Positions 1 through 32,318 of a stretch of 64,000 nt of DNA are shown here, piece by piece. A program made the position numbers and the translations under genes. Each line of letters opens with the position of its first letter. Positions within the stretch are counted from its first letter, which is position 1. Source of the DNA: Vicugna vicugna (Eukaryota). A model generated the notes under the pieces. The model searched no databases, was not told the origin of the DNA, and worked only from the letters and a program-made list of their open reading frames with translations. The stretch lies in contig MU058636.1 in NCBI GenBank assembly GCA_013265495.1, forward strand, positions 3,769,967-3,833,966. The letters run 5' to 3'.

Positions 1-429
1 TTCTCTCTCTCCCTGCTCCTTCCCCTTGGCCTATGAACTTGGCTAGTCCTCCCTCATTTCAAGTAGTAACTGTCTACCTGACCCACTCCCTCTTTCCCGC
101 TAGACTTTCCTCCCTCACAGCCCAAATTTCTATCCTTGCTGTCCCCTCCGCCACCACCCACCCCGTCTCTACTATTCATCACATTCCCTCTGTAGTGTGT
201 GTGGCAGAGAGAAATTTATTGTAATCATTTCACTTGGAAATAACCACTTAACATTTAACCCATTCAGTGTAACTACCTTCAGTTGGTTTTGATTAATTCA
301 AAACACTGGAAGAGCCATCTTGGTGACCTAGATGTCTTTGTACCTGTATGGTTGACTCACTCTGGCGGGATACGGAACCTTGCTTCTCTTGCTCCAGGAG
401 AAGAGCCCAAGATTTACTTAAACTAACCG

Positions 430-705
430 ACCTGACCCCGCTCTGTCGTCTAACCCACTTCAGCGCCTTCTCTGTGTGTCCAGGTGGACCCAGGCTTCAG
501 AGCCTTCTGCTCAGCTCCCCGTCCCCTTTGCAGTGTGGAGGGACCGCGCTGTCAGGGGCCCTGGCGTGCGCAGGCGCAGGCCGTTCCGCCTCCTGGGCGC
601 CTGCTCGGCCTTGTGGCCCCTCCCCCCCTCCCCTGAGCGCTCAGTGCAGGCAGCTCCTCTCCCGGGACCCGCCCCCCGGGCTCCCGTGGTACCGGGCATT
701 GCCCT
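430..705. promoter_or_regulatory. Small CpG/GC-rich island about 1.6 kb upstream of TEX26
   Basis: Dense CpGs (ggaccgcgct, ggcgtgcgcaggcgcagg, cccgcccccggg); NRF1-like TGCGCAGGCGCA. Confidence 0.55.
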
Positions 706-2290
706 CAATGTGCTCAGTACTTGTTGAGGGGAAGAAGAAAGGAAACGAATTCTGCTTAATCCTTGAACAGAGTTGCCTTGAGGAATCCAAATCCAAAGGC
801 AGGCAGAGTGCTGTACTGCTCACAATGCAGTGGGCCCATCCCAGCAATCCATTCTGAAGCAGAAATGAAAGATTCTAAAAAGGATGGAGATCAGAAGAGC
901 AGTAAGACAAAAGGGCAATAGCTTTGGTTTGTGTGGCTTGAAGGGTTATAAATTGTCGTTAGAATTATTCACCTTTCAGCCCAGTGAGGTACGTTCTCAT
1001 ATATTCACTTTACAGACAAGGGAGCTGGGGCTCCGAGCAGCGTCTGCTCTCTCCCCGAGGCTCCCGGCTAGAAAGTGATGCGTCTTCTGACTCTCATTCA
1101 GTGCGTACCCCACCATTGCACGGCTTGCTTCAGACGAGGCAAATGTAGGATATTAATAAAAATTCACTTTTAAAACTCTATGTACTCACTGTGCTATTTT
1201 TAAAATATAGTTCTCTTAAATTATGCCATGCCAATTAGCTCTATTTCCAGACGATAATCTGTTATTGGGTGTTACTTTCTTAATTTAGACGCCACTACTA
1301 AATCCTAACTTAGACCTATCCCTTCTAATAACATCTACAGAAATCTAGGTCTCCTCATGTGTCCCACTATTCACTGCTCTAAATCTGAGAGTCTCAATGT
1401 GTTGCATTCATTCCATTACATGGATAGGACTCTCAGAAAATGCTAGTAGCGCTTCATTTTGAAGAAACTCCTTGCATATATTCGTGGGATCCTTACTTTG
1501 ATGCCTATTCTGTCTCCTTTGATAAACTCCCTTCTGTTACACCTCCCTGCTCCCCTAAGGTCCTATGTTAGAGTAACCCCTTGAAAGGATAAGGGATGGT
1601 TGTAAATTGCTTTCTAAACATGTTGCCAGCAATCTCCAACGCACACTTACTGTCTTCTCTGTGCACCCACGTGGGTAACAGCTGTGTCCTAACCTGGAGG
1701 CATTCAATATTACTGAGCACCTACTATGCCTCAGATTTTCAGGTAGGTGCCAATAATATGAATATAAAAGGCACTCCACATGATGGGAAAACTCTAACAT
1801 ACTTAGGGGTGGGAGACAGTTTCATCTGTGGGGACGGAAGATCAGTTCAATCGATAATCACAAAACACGGTTTTCGGTACCAGGAACGTGGCCTTGGGAG
1901 AAGAAAGGTGTCACAAACATCCCTGCTCTCTCCTCTTTCCAAGCACACTTTTCTCTCACCTTCCTTCCTCTGCTAATTCCTGTGCTCACTTCAGTCTAAT
2001 CTCTCCGTGCTCCTCTCCCCAGTTACACAAGACAATGCGCAGGAAAGCTCATTGTATGAACAATACAAGTACACGAAAGTAAGGTATTCATGTTACTGGG
2101 AACACATCCTTCTGCTTTCCGAACCCGGTCCCCCAGCCGGCCTGGGTAAGCGCCCTGCACCTCGCTCCACGTGCGCCCCTGGCTGAGTGGCTGAACCGAC
2201 CTCCTCTCCATGGCGACGCGTCACAATGCAGCCGTGCAGCGCCCAGTCCAGCTGGCAGAAGGGGCCCCGCGACGGCCTCTTGGGGCAAGA

Positions 2291-21768
<19,478 letters not shown>

Positions 21769-21975
21769 AAAAGGAAATTAGTTCAAATGAAGAAAATCTG
21801 AAAATAACTGGGTTATTTTCTCAATAATCAAGGAAAAATAAGATCCAAATTGTTCTAAATATAATTTCGTGTAAATGTGTTCTGTTTTATTTTTAAACAA
21901 TAAGATCATTTAAGGCTGCGATTTTAATATAATTTTTTTTTCCTATTCTCTTTTGAACACTCAGTTTATGGTTTC

Positions 21976-22090
21976 TGGGGGAAAGGTAAGTAGGTTTATT
22001 TATTTTATTTATATGGAGGTACTGGGGATTGAACCTAGGACCTGGTGCATGCTAAGCAAGTGCTCTACCACTGAGCTATACCCTCCTCCC
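21976..22090 (-). mobile_element. tRNA-derived SINE, camelid Vic-1-like, with 9-bp TSD
   Basis: Same A/B box structure as the 13.1-kb copy; flanked by TATGGTTTC at 21967-21975 and 22091-22099. Confidence 0.88.
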
Positions 22091-22799
22091 TATGGTTTCA
22101 GTTTTGATTTCCTCTTTGAACCAAGAATTATGTGGAAGAGATTTCTTAATTTTTCAATAATTCGAGGATTAAAAAAAATTTTTTTAGTGTCGATTTCCTA
22201 TTTGAAAGGTAAAAAACAGATCTCTGCTTTGAGAAAATTAGCAGTGTGTTTTATGCCAAGTATGAGATTACTTTGTGTATTACATGACTGTCAGAAGAAA
22301 CAAAGTACGGTTTATTATGCTTTTCAAGCCCCTTGTATCTTTGCCTTTGTTGTATATTTGAGCTGTCAAGGTCTGAGACCGTAATATTAAAACCATTCCA
22401 CAAGAAAAGTGTTTTCATGAGTGTCTCCTCGTATCTCTGGCACTTTTGCTGTATAGATTCGGCTGCTGTGCTGTTTATCAATGCTTATGACTTACACAGA
22501 GCTTCTTCATGGAGTAACTTTTTCCCATTCCCTGTTACTCTTCTTTGACCCTGTTAATGATTTTGACCTTGAATTATATTTTAATTGGTACTCATGTTGC
22601 CATTCATGCTGGGTTTTTTTTTTTCCTTAGTTTTTCTTGGAGTATTGGGGACTGTAGCTGTAGCCAACCAGCAATTTCATATGAATTCCTCCTTAGTTTA
22701 GTGTGTTTGCTGTGGGGCTTCCTGTCGTCATAACACTCTCCAGGGCATGGTCCATATTCCAACAGGATCTTGACCCAAATACTAAAAAATGAGTAGCCT

Positions 22800-23090
22800 T
22801 TCATTCCATAAATATTTATTGAACACCTACTATGTGTCAGGCAGTGTGGTAGGTAATGGGAATTCACTAGTAGTGAAAAGACATGCATGGAGCTTACATT
22901 CTAGAGGAAGGGACACATCACAAACAAGCAAAAGTGAACAGTAAAATTACAAAATGTAAGTGTCACGCACATGTAAGCAGTGCGGTGACTGGGGGGCTCC
23001 TGTGGGGAGGCCTCGTTTAAGCTGGCCGGTTAAGAGCAGAAAGAGCCAGCCACGTGAAGAGATGGGGCAATAGCTTTCCAGGCTTGGGAA
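22800..23090 (-). mobile_element. L2 3' fragment
   Basis: aaatatttattgaacacctactatgtgtcaggc, atggagcttacattctag. Confidence 0.75.
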
Positions 23091-23215
23091 AACTGTTTCA
23101 GCACCCTAAAGTAGCCCCTTGCTTCACCTGGTTGACCCTCCCCCATACCTTTCATTTCTTCTTTGGAGACAGTTTTGGTATTCTAAGGGCAGGACAGCCC
23201 AAAAAATCCAACATC

Positions 23216-23418
23216 TGGTGGGAGTGTAGTTGGGTACAGCCATTATGGGTATTTCTTAAAAAACTAAAAATAAACTTACTATATGATCCAGCAATCCCAC
23301 TCCTGGGCATATTCGAAAAGTTACATGTACCCCAATGTTCATAGCAGCACTATTTACAATAGCCAGGACATGGAAGCAACATTAATGTCCATCAACAGAT
23401 GATGGGATAAAGAAGTTG

Positions 23419-23470
<52 letters not shown>

Positions 23471-23935
23471 GAATACTACTCAGCCATAAAAAAGAATAAA
23501 ATAATGACATTTGCAGCAACATGATTGGACCTGGAGATTGTCATACTAAGTGAAGTAAGCCAGAAAGAGAAAGAAGAATACCATATGATATCACTTATAC
23601 ATGGAATCTAAAAAAAGAAGACAAATGAACTTATTTATAAAACAGAGACAGACTTATAGACATAGGAAACAAACTTAAGGTTACCAAGAGGGGAAGAGGG
23701 TGGAGGAGATAAATTGGGAATTTGGGATTTGCAGATACACATTACTGTATATAAAATAGATAAAAAACAAGGTCCTACTGTATAGCACAGGGAACTATAT
23801 TCAATATCTTGTAATAATCTATAATGAAAAAGAATCTGAAAAGGAATATATATATATATATATAACTGAATCACTGGGCTGTACATCAGAAACTAACACA
23901 ACATTGTAAATCAACTATGCTTCAATTAAAAAAAA
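23216..23935 (+). mobile_element. 5'-truncated L1 (ORF2 end plus 3' UTR), relatively young, with internal (CA)n
   Basis: tatgatccagcaatcccactcctgggcata, A-tail, imperfect TSD AAAAAATCCAACATC / AAAAAAGCCAGCATC. Confidence 0.92.
23420..23468. repeat. (CA)~24 microsatellite inside L1
   Basis: Read directly. Confidence 0.95.
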
Positions 23936-24334
23936 GCCAGCATCAGCTCCATTGCCTTGCAGCAGACAACCTATGGATGAGTGCTACCATCCACCTGACT
24001 GGAAACAGAAAGCCATCCTACGAACAGACTTGTAGAACAGGTAAGTGACTGCCACTCCAGAGCCAGAAATACTATTATAAACACAGTATTGGGGTGCACT
24101 ACTTGGCAGACTTTTTCTTTAGGCACCAAGGTAAACTGAATTATTGTCCCTATTCTTCACCTCTCCCCATCTCCATACTCTCGGCTGTGTGACTCTGCAG
24201 TCCCTCCTACTGCAGCTGGACCATATTTCCCCAGACTTGGGCTGTGAGCTTAGTCATGTGACTTGTTTTAGCCAATGGGATATTAGCAGACATGAGTCTG
24301 GGCTGCCCACTGGTGCCAGCAGGATGTGAGAGGC

Positions 24335-24626
24335 TGGTATTAGGAGGTGGGTCCTTTGGAGGTGATCATGTCATGAGGCAGAGCAGTCATGGATGAGATC
24401 AGTGCCCTTATAAGAGAAACCCCACGGAGCTCCCTTCTGCCATGTGAGAGCACAGGGGAAAAAATGGCTGGCTGAACCGGAAGGTTCCCACCCACCACCA
24501 AATCTGTTGGTGCCATGATCTTGGAATTCCAGCCTCCAGAAATTTATTTATGAGAAATAAACACTGTTGCTTATAAACTACTTCGTTTATGGTGTTTCAA
24601 TATAGCAGCCCAAATGGGCTTGTACA
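24335..24626 (+). mobile_element. MLT1A-type LTR nested in an older MLT1 (about 24100-24715)
   Basis: cagtgcccttataagaga, ccagcctccaga...gagaaataaa, atagcagcccaaatgg; older MLT1-like sequence on both sides. Confidence 0.75.
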
Positions 24627-25534
24627 GGCACCCCAGCTGACCCACCACGTGACCCACAGGCTGTGCGTGAGAAATAGTGCTTTTTGCTGAGATTACTGTA
24701 GTGGTAGCTAAGTGATCCAGGGCACGGTGTTTATTTAGATGAGATTTCTCTAGAACCCTCAGGATGAAGTGAAGGGCTTGGTAGAATCCGTTTTCCCTCT
24801 GAAAAATATTAAGCCTGGTCATCACTGACAAATGTGTACTGTTTAAACAGTGATCGTCTTTTAAGACAGGAGAGTGTGGCTGTGGCTCTTTTGTATTTTA
24901 AAACCTGCCAAATGGTGAAGGCATTTTAAACATTGAACACTTCAAAGGTTCTCAGGAGGCCAGTGGCCACTACTTATTTTAATATGCCAAAGATTGTGAA
25001 TGAGTGCTTTAATGCGGTTCCTTTTTCAGAGCAGATTGTCAAGACCGGATCAGTCAGTGCCGTTGATGTGCGTTAATTATGTAGCACGCGTACCTTCATT
25101 ATTATATTTCAAAGAGAGCAGCATTTCAACACAGATAATGATTCTGAAATTTTTCCCCTTGCAGTATCCCCTGATAGCTCTTTTGATTCTCCTTCTAACC
25201 TCCTGCAAAACTCACCCCCTCCATCCCACCACACACACATCCAATCAAAGAAAAGCACATCTAGCAGGTTTCCAGGCTTTCCAGAAACATCTGCTCTTTG
25301 TTTTTAACCTCTTGAAAAAAATGGTTCTATAAATAGGTTTAAACTTGTTCTATTTTGTTTAAAAAATGCTTTCAGGAATGGAAGAGTAGAAGAGTAACAT
25401 CACTTTAAACTGAAGACTGCAATAATTTGTTAAAAAATAATAAAAAGGGAAACATCACAATGGGGACTATGTAGTCGAGTTTTCATCATGTGCTAAAAAT
25501 CTCCCGTCTGTACGGGAGGTGTACCAGCCAGAGG

Positions 25535-25710
25535 AATGCTTCTCAACTTCAGCTGCACAATAGAAGCGCCTAGAGAGATTTTTAAACTCCTGATGCCCAG
25601 ACTGCTCCCTGGACCAACTGCATCGGAAAATCTAGGGATGAAACCTGCAGCAGTCCGCTCTAAAGTTCCCCAGATGGTTCTGATGCACAGCAAAGAGGAA
25701 GCCCCACGGA
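25535..25710. mobile_element. MER5A-like hAT-Charlie MITE
   Basis: tgcttctcaacttcagctgcacaatagaa...ccccagatggttctgatgcacagc. Confidence 0.65.
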
Positions 25711-26359
25711 CCTAGGGGAGCAGCAGTCGCACCTGCTAAGTTTAAGCTGATGGTTCAGTCAGGGTGTAGGCAGGAAACAGAATCCACTGTCACCTGTTTC
25801 ACATGATGGGACTTAAATAAAGGAATACCTGTGAGGGTGAGGTTTGCAGAGACTAGCAATGGCAGGAAGCTGTTACCAGCTCTAGGCCTGAATGGACAGT
25901 GTGACTGGAGCTCAGTGAGACCCAGATGCGTAGGGGAGCCACTGTCCCCTGGGGGCTGTGGTCAGGGAGCGATAGAGCCCTGGCCAGAGACACAAAACAG
26001 GGAGAGACGGGGAAGAAATACTCCATTCTGGCTTCTCCTTCCCTCTGATACAGTCTGAGCTCCTGCCAATGGCTCCCGTTGACCAGACCCAATGGACATC
26101 ACTAGAAAGGTGTTGAGGGAGATGCAGCCCAAAGGCTCAGCCCCCGGCGGCACGCAGGGGGCTGGAGGAGGGTATTAAGGGCATTTGGAGGCCAAACAGA
26201 ATATAACATACATAGGTAGCCAGGCTTCCTGAACCAAAACCAGAAGCAGATTGTGTGGCCAAGTATACTGAGTATGATTTCTGAATGAAATTTTACAGAA
26301 TGCTTTACAAAATATAAAGTGAAATTATTCATTCATTTAGAGAATCATCTTTTCAAGAC

Positions 26360-26557
26360 TTTTCAAGTCTCTCGTGCCAGACACTGTGTTATATTAGATA
26401 CCAAAAAAAAAATAATCACATTTAATGAAATTGGGATTGTTCCAGAAAATCCAAGGTGTATGATTATGAGAGTTTAAATTTTATCCTTCATTCAACATTA
26501 TTTTAAAATATTTTCAAGTCTCTCGTGCCAGACACTGTGTTATATTAGATACCAAAA
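26360..26557 (+). repeat. Perfect 47-bp direct repeat (26360-26406 and 26511-26557)
   Basis: ttttcaagtctctcgtgccagacactgtgttatattagataccaaaa occurs twice. Confidence 0.95.
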
Positions 26558-26899
26558 TCAACGACAGAGTAACTCTTCTTAAAGATTTAAGAGTGGAGTG
26601 GGAAATACAGACACGTTAGCAAATGTAGTATTTTCCCAGGGTAGTGGACCTCACTTCAGGGATACTCCCCACCCCCAACTCCAGCCACGGGCATCTGATG
26701 TCAGCTGAAAACTCACTGCGGCCTCCCTGGGCCATGTCTGGTTCCCCTCCTCTCTGGCCACAGTCGGAGTCCAGCCCCAGGTTATCCTCGTGGAGGTGTG
26801 TGCGGGGCTCTCCTTCCTCTGTGCTTATGAGGCTGTGAGACACGTCCAGAGCTGCCCAGGATCTGTCTTGAGCCCCATGGGGACAACCAACCCCAGAGA

Positions 26900-27492
26900 A
26901 TGGGGACGAGGGGAGGACCTTGTGGATGTCTGGAGGAAGGGCCTTTCAGGAGAAGGGGACAAGGGCAGAAGCCCTGCATGTTCTCACAGAAGGTCAGCGT
27001 GGTCCCAGAGAAGGGCGGGCAGAGCAGCAGGAGATGAGGTCAGACAGGCAGAGGGCAGATCACAGAAGCCTCTGAGGCAACAAGTTTTACTTTGAATCTT
27101 ACTATGAGAGAGATGACAAGCATGGATTGACATTGTCCAACTTCTGCTTTTAAAAGATCGCTCTCTACATGGAATATCTTGTAGGGGGTGGGCAGAGACG
27201 AGAACAGGGAGACCAGTGAGGAGGCACTGCCAGCCCAGGGAGAGACGTGGACGGCTTGGACCGGGAGGTATTGGTGGAGGAAGTGAGGAGTGATTGGGTT
27301 GCAGACCTATTTCAAAGGTCAAGCCAATAGGATTTTTTTGGTGGACTGAATGTGCATTTAGAAGAAAAAGAGGGGAGGGAGACGACTCCAAGGGCTTTTC
27401 CCTAAACAGTTGGAAAAATGGAGCTATCATCTGAGATGGGGTAGGTGGAGGAGGTATGGGAGTGGGTAATCGAGGGTTCAGTTCTGGACAGT
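26900..27492 (-). mobile_element. L2 fragment
   Basis: ttttaaaagatcgctct, gggagaccagtgaggaggc, gagggttcagttctggaca. Confidence 0.75.
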
Positions 27493-28699
27493 GGCTGGCG
27501 CCCACGTATAATTACTATTAATGATACCCTGGCAGGGCAAGTTGTTAAGAGAGCATTTTTAATACCAGTTATTTTCCTCTTTGTCGCTCCCTGGCATTTC
27601 CTCCCCGTCCCTCCTCCCAGCCTCGTGTTAGCATTGATAACCTTCACATGTGAGGGATTAATGCACGTGGGGAGGAGCGGAGAGGGGAGGCCCCCACCCA
27701 GGTACTCCAGTTACAAAGCCTGGTACAGTGAGCGGCGAGCCACCACCGCGGGTAGAGCTCTTCAGCACTGGCTGCTCCCAGCGAGACAGCAGCAAGATTT
27801 TCTTCACCTGGCCTCTCTCTGATCATCAGTGATTGCTCTTGGGGACCAAGTAGACATGAGTCTAATCAGTCAGGAGTGAGTACCTGGCAGGTTTTGCTGT
27901 CTGATATCATGAACTCGAGAGGAAGCAGAGCGGGTTCTGCTTTGGGAAGGTTAGAAACATCTCATGCTAACAGGTAAGAGAAAGTTCTCTTTGTTCTTTG
28001 CTTTTTTTTTTTAAACTTCATAGAATTTTCTAGAATTCTGCCTGGGGTACAGGCAGAGAGCTGCCTGCAGTAAGAATGGGTAGTATAAGGTAACTATTTA
28101 AATTGTCAAGGAAGCAGGTTTTGCTCCCCAGGAGGAAGGCAGTGGGAAGTTTGTCCCATTCATTGTGGAGCTGACCACGCGCCCCCTCGGCCTGGCACGA
28201 ACTTGGGTGCAGCAGTGTGCTGGGCTCAGCGTGCTCAGCTGGCTGTTGCTATGGAATTTTGTCCTGCAATCAAAGCCTCTGCCTTGATAATTTAATTGCA
28301 CTTAAAAAAAAAAACAACCTTGAATTTGAGTAAATCCTGAGAATATCATGAGAGCTTTTGATTAATGTAAAATTAAAGCTCTTTCAGAAGCATTAATTGA
28401 ATAAAAAGAGCACTATTCAAAAAGCTGTAAGGACGTCCCAAGCCATTTAAAGATATACAGTCATTATCTAAAAATCTGGTTAATTAAGCTACTGATATCA
28501 AACATTTTGACTTCAGAGTACTTTATGTATGTTTATGTTTCTATCTCATCTTCTTGTTGCTCTGACCCTTTGGTATCTTTTTATTTCCTATTGACCTATC
28601 CTGAATCTCTTCTTTTCCATGTTAGCTGGCAAACAAGCCCTAGAATATTTCCAGTTCCATCTTTCTCAGCATCCTTCTTGCTGGCCAAGGGTGGGTGAG

Positions 28700-28830
28700 A
28701 TTCATAATTAAAAGTGATCCAAAAAAGAATATGAAAACAAACATGTGTATGAATATGTATGAGTGACCTATTATGCTGTACACCAGAAATTGACACACTA
28801 TTATAAACTGACTATACTTCAATCAAAAAA
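28700..28830 (+). mobile_element. Short L1 3' end
   Basis: tatgctgtacaccagaaattgacaca...actgactatacttcaat followed by an A tail. Confidence 0.8.
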
Positions 28831-29839
28831 ATTTTTTAAAGCATTTGTGTGGGAAAAAAGTGATCCACTTCTGGGATAGCTGAGATAAAACATGCTTTTA
28901 GGTTGGCAGAGGAATTTGGATTTTGACTATTGAAAGAAACAAATTGTAAGCATGATATGAAATTAGTATTAAGATTGACCAACAGTACACTTAAAAGATT
29001 GGGAAATTGCTCTTCCCCCCAGTAAGGTAAAAGAAACCATTCAGTTAGGGCCAAACACCACCCTCAAGGCCCTTGGCGTAATCCTGTTACCAGCGGGCGT
29101 GGGTCGCCTTGCTCTTGGTCTTGTGAAACCACAGGGACCAGCTAGGGTGCTTAGTGCCTCGCAGGGGTCATGGGAGACCCACGATGCCCAAACATTAAAC
29201 AATTGATTATCTTACAACATACATTTGTTGGTAGAGGGTACCCCAAGGTTGGTTAATTCAACAATGCAAAGGTGTAACCGAACACAGATATTTTTTCCAT
29301 CCTCGTTGTTCAGGCTTTTGGGCTCACATATGTCCTGTTGCAAGATGGCAACAGCATCTCCATCCACATCTGAGGCAGGAAAGGAGCTCAGTTTTCTCCT
29401 TTCCTTCACTTTTTAAAAGCACGAGAACCTTTCCCGTAGTCAGCCAGTGGACTTACACTCACACACCCGACTGGCCAAAGTTGTGTCTCATGCTCATGAG
29501 TAAACCTAAACCAGCAAGGAGAGCAGATTACCCTGGTTGTCTTAAACCCCACGATTCGTCCCCCCAAGACTAGGGAGAAGCCATGCCTCTCGTGGTGGGC
29601 AAGACCCCCAAGACCTACCCAAGGCAGAGTTCCGTCAGCAGGGGAGGTGGGGAGAGATGGCTGCTGGGCGGGAACGACAGGCAAGCAGCAGCATTTCCTT
29701 CCGCACATCTCTGGTTTTCTTCCCATATCCCAGCTGAACCCCTTAGTCCCCTTTGCTTACTCCTCTTCCCTCTGCCTGTCCTCGAAATACTGGGACTCCT
29801 CAGCACTCAGCCGAGCCCTCTTCTCTCCTCCATGTGTGC

Positions 29840-30235
29840 TCTCCTCTCAGCCCTGCGGTTTTAAATGCCACCTACATGCTGCTAATGCTCCAGATATATA
29901 TCTTCCACCCAGATCCTTCTCTGGGCTCCGTATTTGGACATCTAACTGCACACTTGATGGCTCTCCTGTCACGTCTCAGAAGCATCTCAAACGTGTATGT
30001 CCAAAACCAAACTTTTTATTTTCCCCTAAACCAGCCCCTCTCCAGGCTTTCCCATCTTAGTGGTTGGCACCTCCATCTGCCCAGTGTCTCAGAACAGATG
30101 TCTGGGATGTCTTGATTCGAACCTTCCCTAACTGCTCATGAAAACCCCCCCTTCTTTTATTCAACATGGCATCTAGCGTGCCACTCCCACCGTAAGTGTC
30201 CAGCCCACAGTAGGTACTCAATAAATATTTGTTGA
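29840..30235 (+). mobile_element. L2 fragment
   Basis: agcatctcaaacgtgtatgtccaaaacc, cagtaggtactcaataaatatttgttgaa 3' end. Confidence 0.7.
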
Positions 30236-30649
30236 AAATGATCAAGTGTGCTTGTGTGGTACATCCTTGACTGGAGAGTGGAAACATGGAGGTTTAGAAA
30301 GAGCCTGAGCGTAGTAATATGTCGCATTCTGTTAAAGATGTTCGTGTGGGAGTGAATTGAAAGAAGCATTGACAATACTTTCTGAGAATTATAATGCCAC
30401 TCTTCCTCCCCAGTTCAAGCATAATCCCACCAATCTTTTGACAGGACTTCCATGGGAGCTAAAGGAGTAGAGATGAAATCTCACAATTTACTTGGAGCTT
30501 CTCTCGGATGTATTGGCCTCCTTGTGGCTCCTGTCACGAAGCCATGTTTGATGGCACAGTGCGTAACAAGAGCCCAACATGAATTCAAATGGTGATGCAT
30601 GATCTGCATTTTCTCTCAGTGAGGCTTGCGATCAGTGACCACTGAAACA

Positions 30650-31075
30650 GAGAGCAGAGGGATGCTCTTTTCTTTCCCAACATCAGTGACACTGAATGCT
30701 GTAATGTTTGAAAGATGGGGGATTTTAACAGCCAGGTACTGCTGCATAATGAGTACCTATAAAATCTTGGTGGCAATGAGCATTTATTTCCCATTCGTCT
30801 GCAGCTTGGCTAAAGTGGCTCATCTGGGCTGGGTACTGCTGGGGTGGTGCTGGATTTGATTCTGGTGGGGTGGGGAGGGGTGACTGCTCCACATGTATTC
30901 ATTCTGAGCACTGCTGAAGGGGCAGCGGCTGCCCAAGGGAAGTTCTTCTCACAGTGCTAACAAAAAACACAGAAGGGCAAGTGGAAATTCTTGAAGTCTC
31001 TTAAAGCCAAGGCTCAGAACTAGCACACTGCCGTTCTGGATCAAGCTATAGGATCAAGCCCAAAGTGGAGGGCAG
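30650..31075 (-). mobile_element. Old MLT1 LTR fragment
   Basis: cttaaagccaaggctcagaactagcacactgcc. Confidence 0.55.
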
Positions 31076-31661
31076 TGCACAGTGCCCTTTGTGGGATGGT
31101 CTACAGAGCTACAGGGCAAAAGGCATGGATGCAGGGAGGAGGGAGGAGCTGGAACAATACTTCAGCCTGTCCGAGTATGCACTACACAACAAAGAAAGCA
31201 GAAGAGAAAGCTTGGGTTCAGCTCGAACAGATCAAGTCTAGGGTGGGGCTGCCTCTCCCTCTGCTCTGTCTGCTCTTCTCTGCAATTCACACTACACTTT
31301 ATGGTCCCTTTGAAATAGACTACCCAGTGTAGGCCCATCCCTCTCAAATCCGTGCCATTTTTTGTCTATTTAGTAACACCCGGACCACATCCCAGGCTGG
31401 TGCCCGCGATGATTTCTTAGTACGGCTGTTATGGGAGGCATTTCATTTCACATCTGCTGACACAATTTGCTGTCTCTCTAAAATTAAAAAAAAAAAAAAG
31501 AAAGAAAGAGAGAGGGAGATTCATACTCTGACGGCTGTAAAGGATAATGAGTAATTTATTCAGAGCTATATACAAATCAGACTATCGTCTTCCAGACAGA
31601 ATCAATAATATAATTTTAAGCCCACACACATTTACAAATGCGAACACTCCAGCGCAGCTGG

Positions 31662-31676
31662 GTTGCCATGGGCAAC
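31662..31676. promoter_or_regulatory. Perfect palindromic RFX X-box GTTGCC-ATG-GGCAAC
   Basis: Matches GTNRCC(N0-3)RGYAAC with both halves ideal; adjacent E-box CAGCTG; not in a recognisable repeat. Confidence 0.6.
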
Positions 31677-32318
31677 CAGGGCATGCCAGCTCGTGATCTG
31701 AAACAGGCCGATGTCTCCCAGCCTGGTAAGTGCATTCTGCAGACAGACTCCAAGGGAGCAGAGGATGTTAGTGTTGGCTCTGATCAGGCCGCCGCACAAA
31801 TGCACCCCTCTGATGGTTTGGATTAGTTCTCATCTGAACTGCACTGCTTTTTCAAACTCTTATTTGCACAGGGCTTCTTCAATATCCCGTCTGTGTCTGT
31901 GTTGAAGCAGGCTGGGGGGTGGAATGGGGAGGCGCGTGATGGAGCCATGTGGACTACAGCAGGTGGCATGACCCACACCCCAAAGCTCCTGACAGTCTGA
32001 GGTCAGATCAGCAACAGGCAGGGCTCAGGTCAGAGGCCAGGAGGCAGGCTGACTGGTCAACTGGAAAGTGGTCTTCCCCAAAAGGGGGCCTGATCAGATG
32101 TCGAGAGCTGATGTATGTTGGTTTGAAAAATAAGAGGAAGAAACAGGAAGGCATAAAGTGGAAAGTGAAGGTGGTTTGGGTAAATGCAAACACTGGGAGT
32201 GGGGTGAGAGGTAAGTAGGTCCCTTCAAAGGGCTGGGGGGAGGGGGGCACACAGGAATGAAACGTGATGGTTCCATTAAATATGTCAGTACAAACCTAAA
32301 TTCATTGTCAGGAGAGCC

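Noticed and set aside
348..857. 169-aa ORF
   Set aside because: Spans a GC-rich patch, has low-complexity composition and shows no recognisable homology.
26984..27505. 173-aa minus-strand ORF
   Set aside because: Lies within a degraded L2 element; chance open frame.
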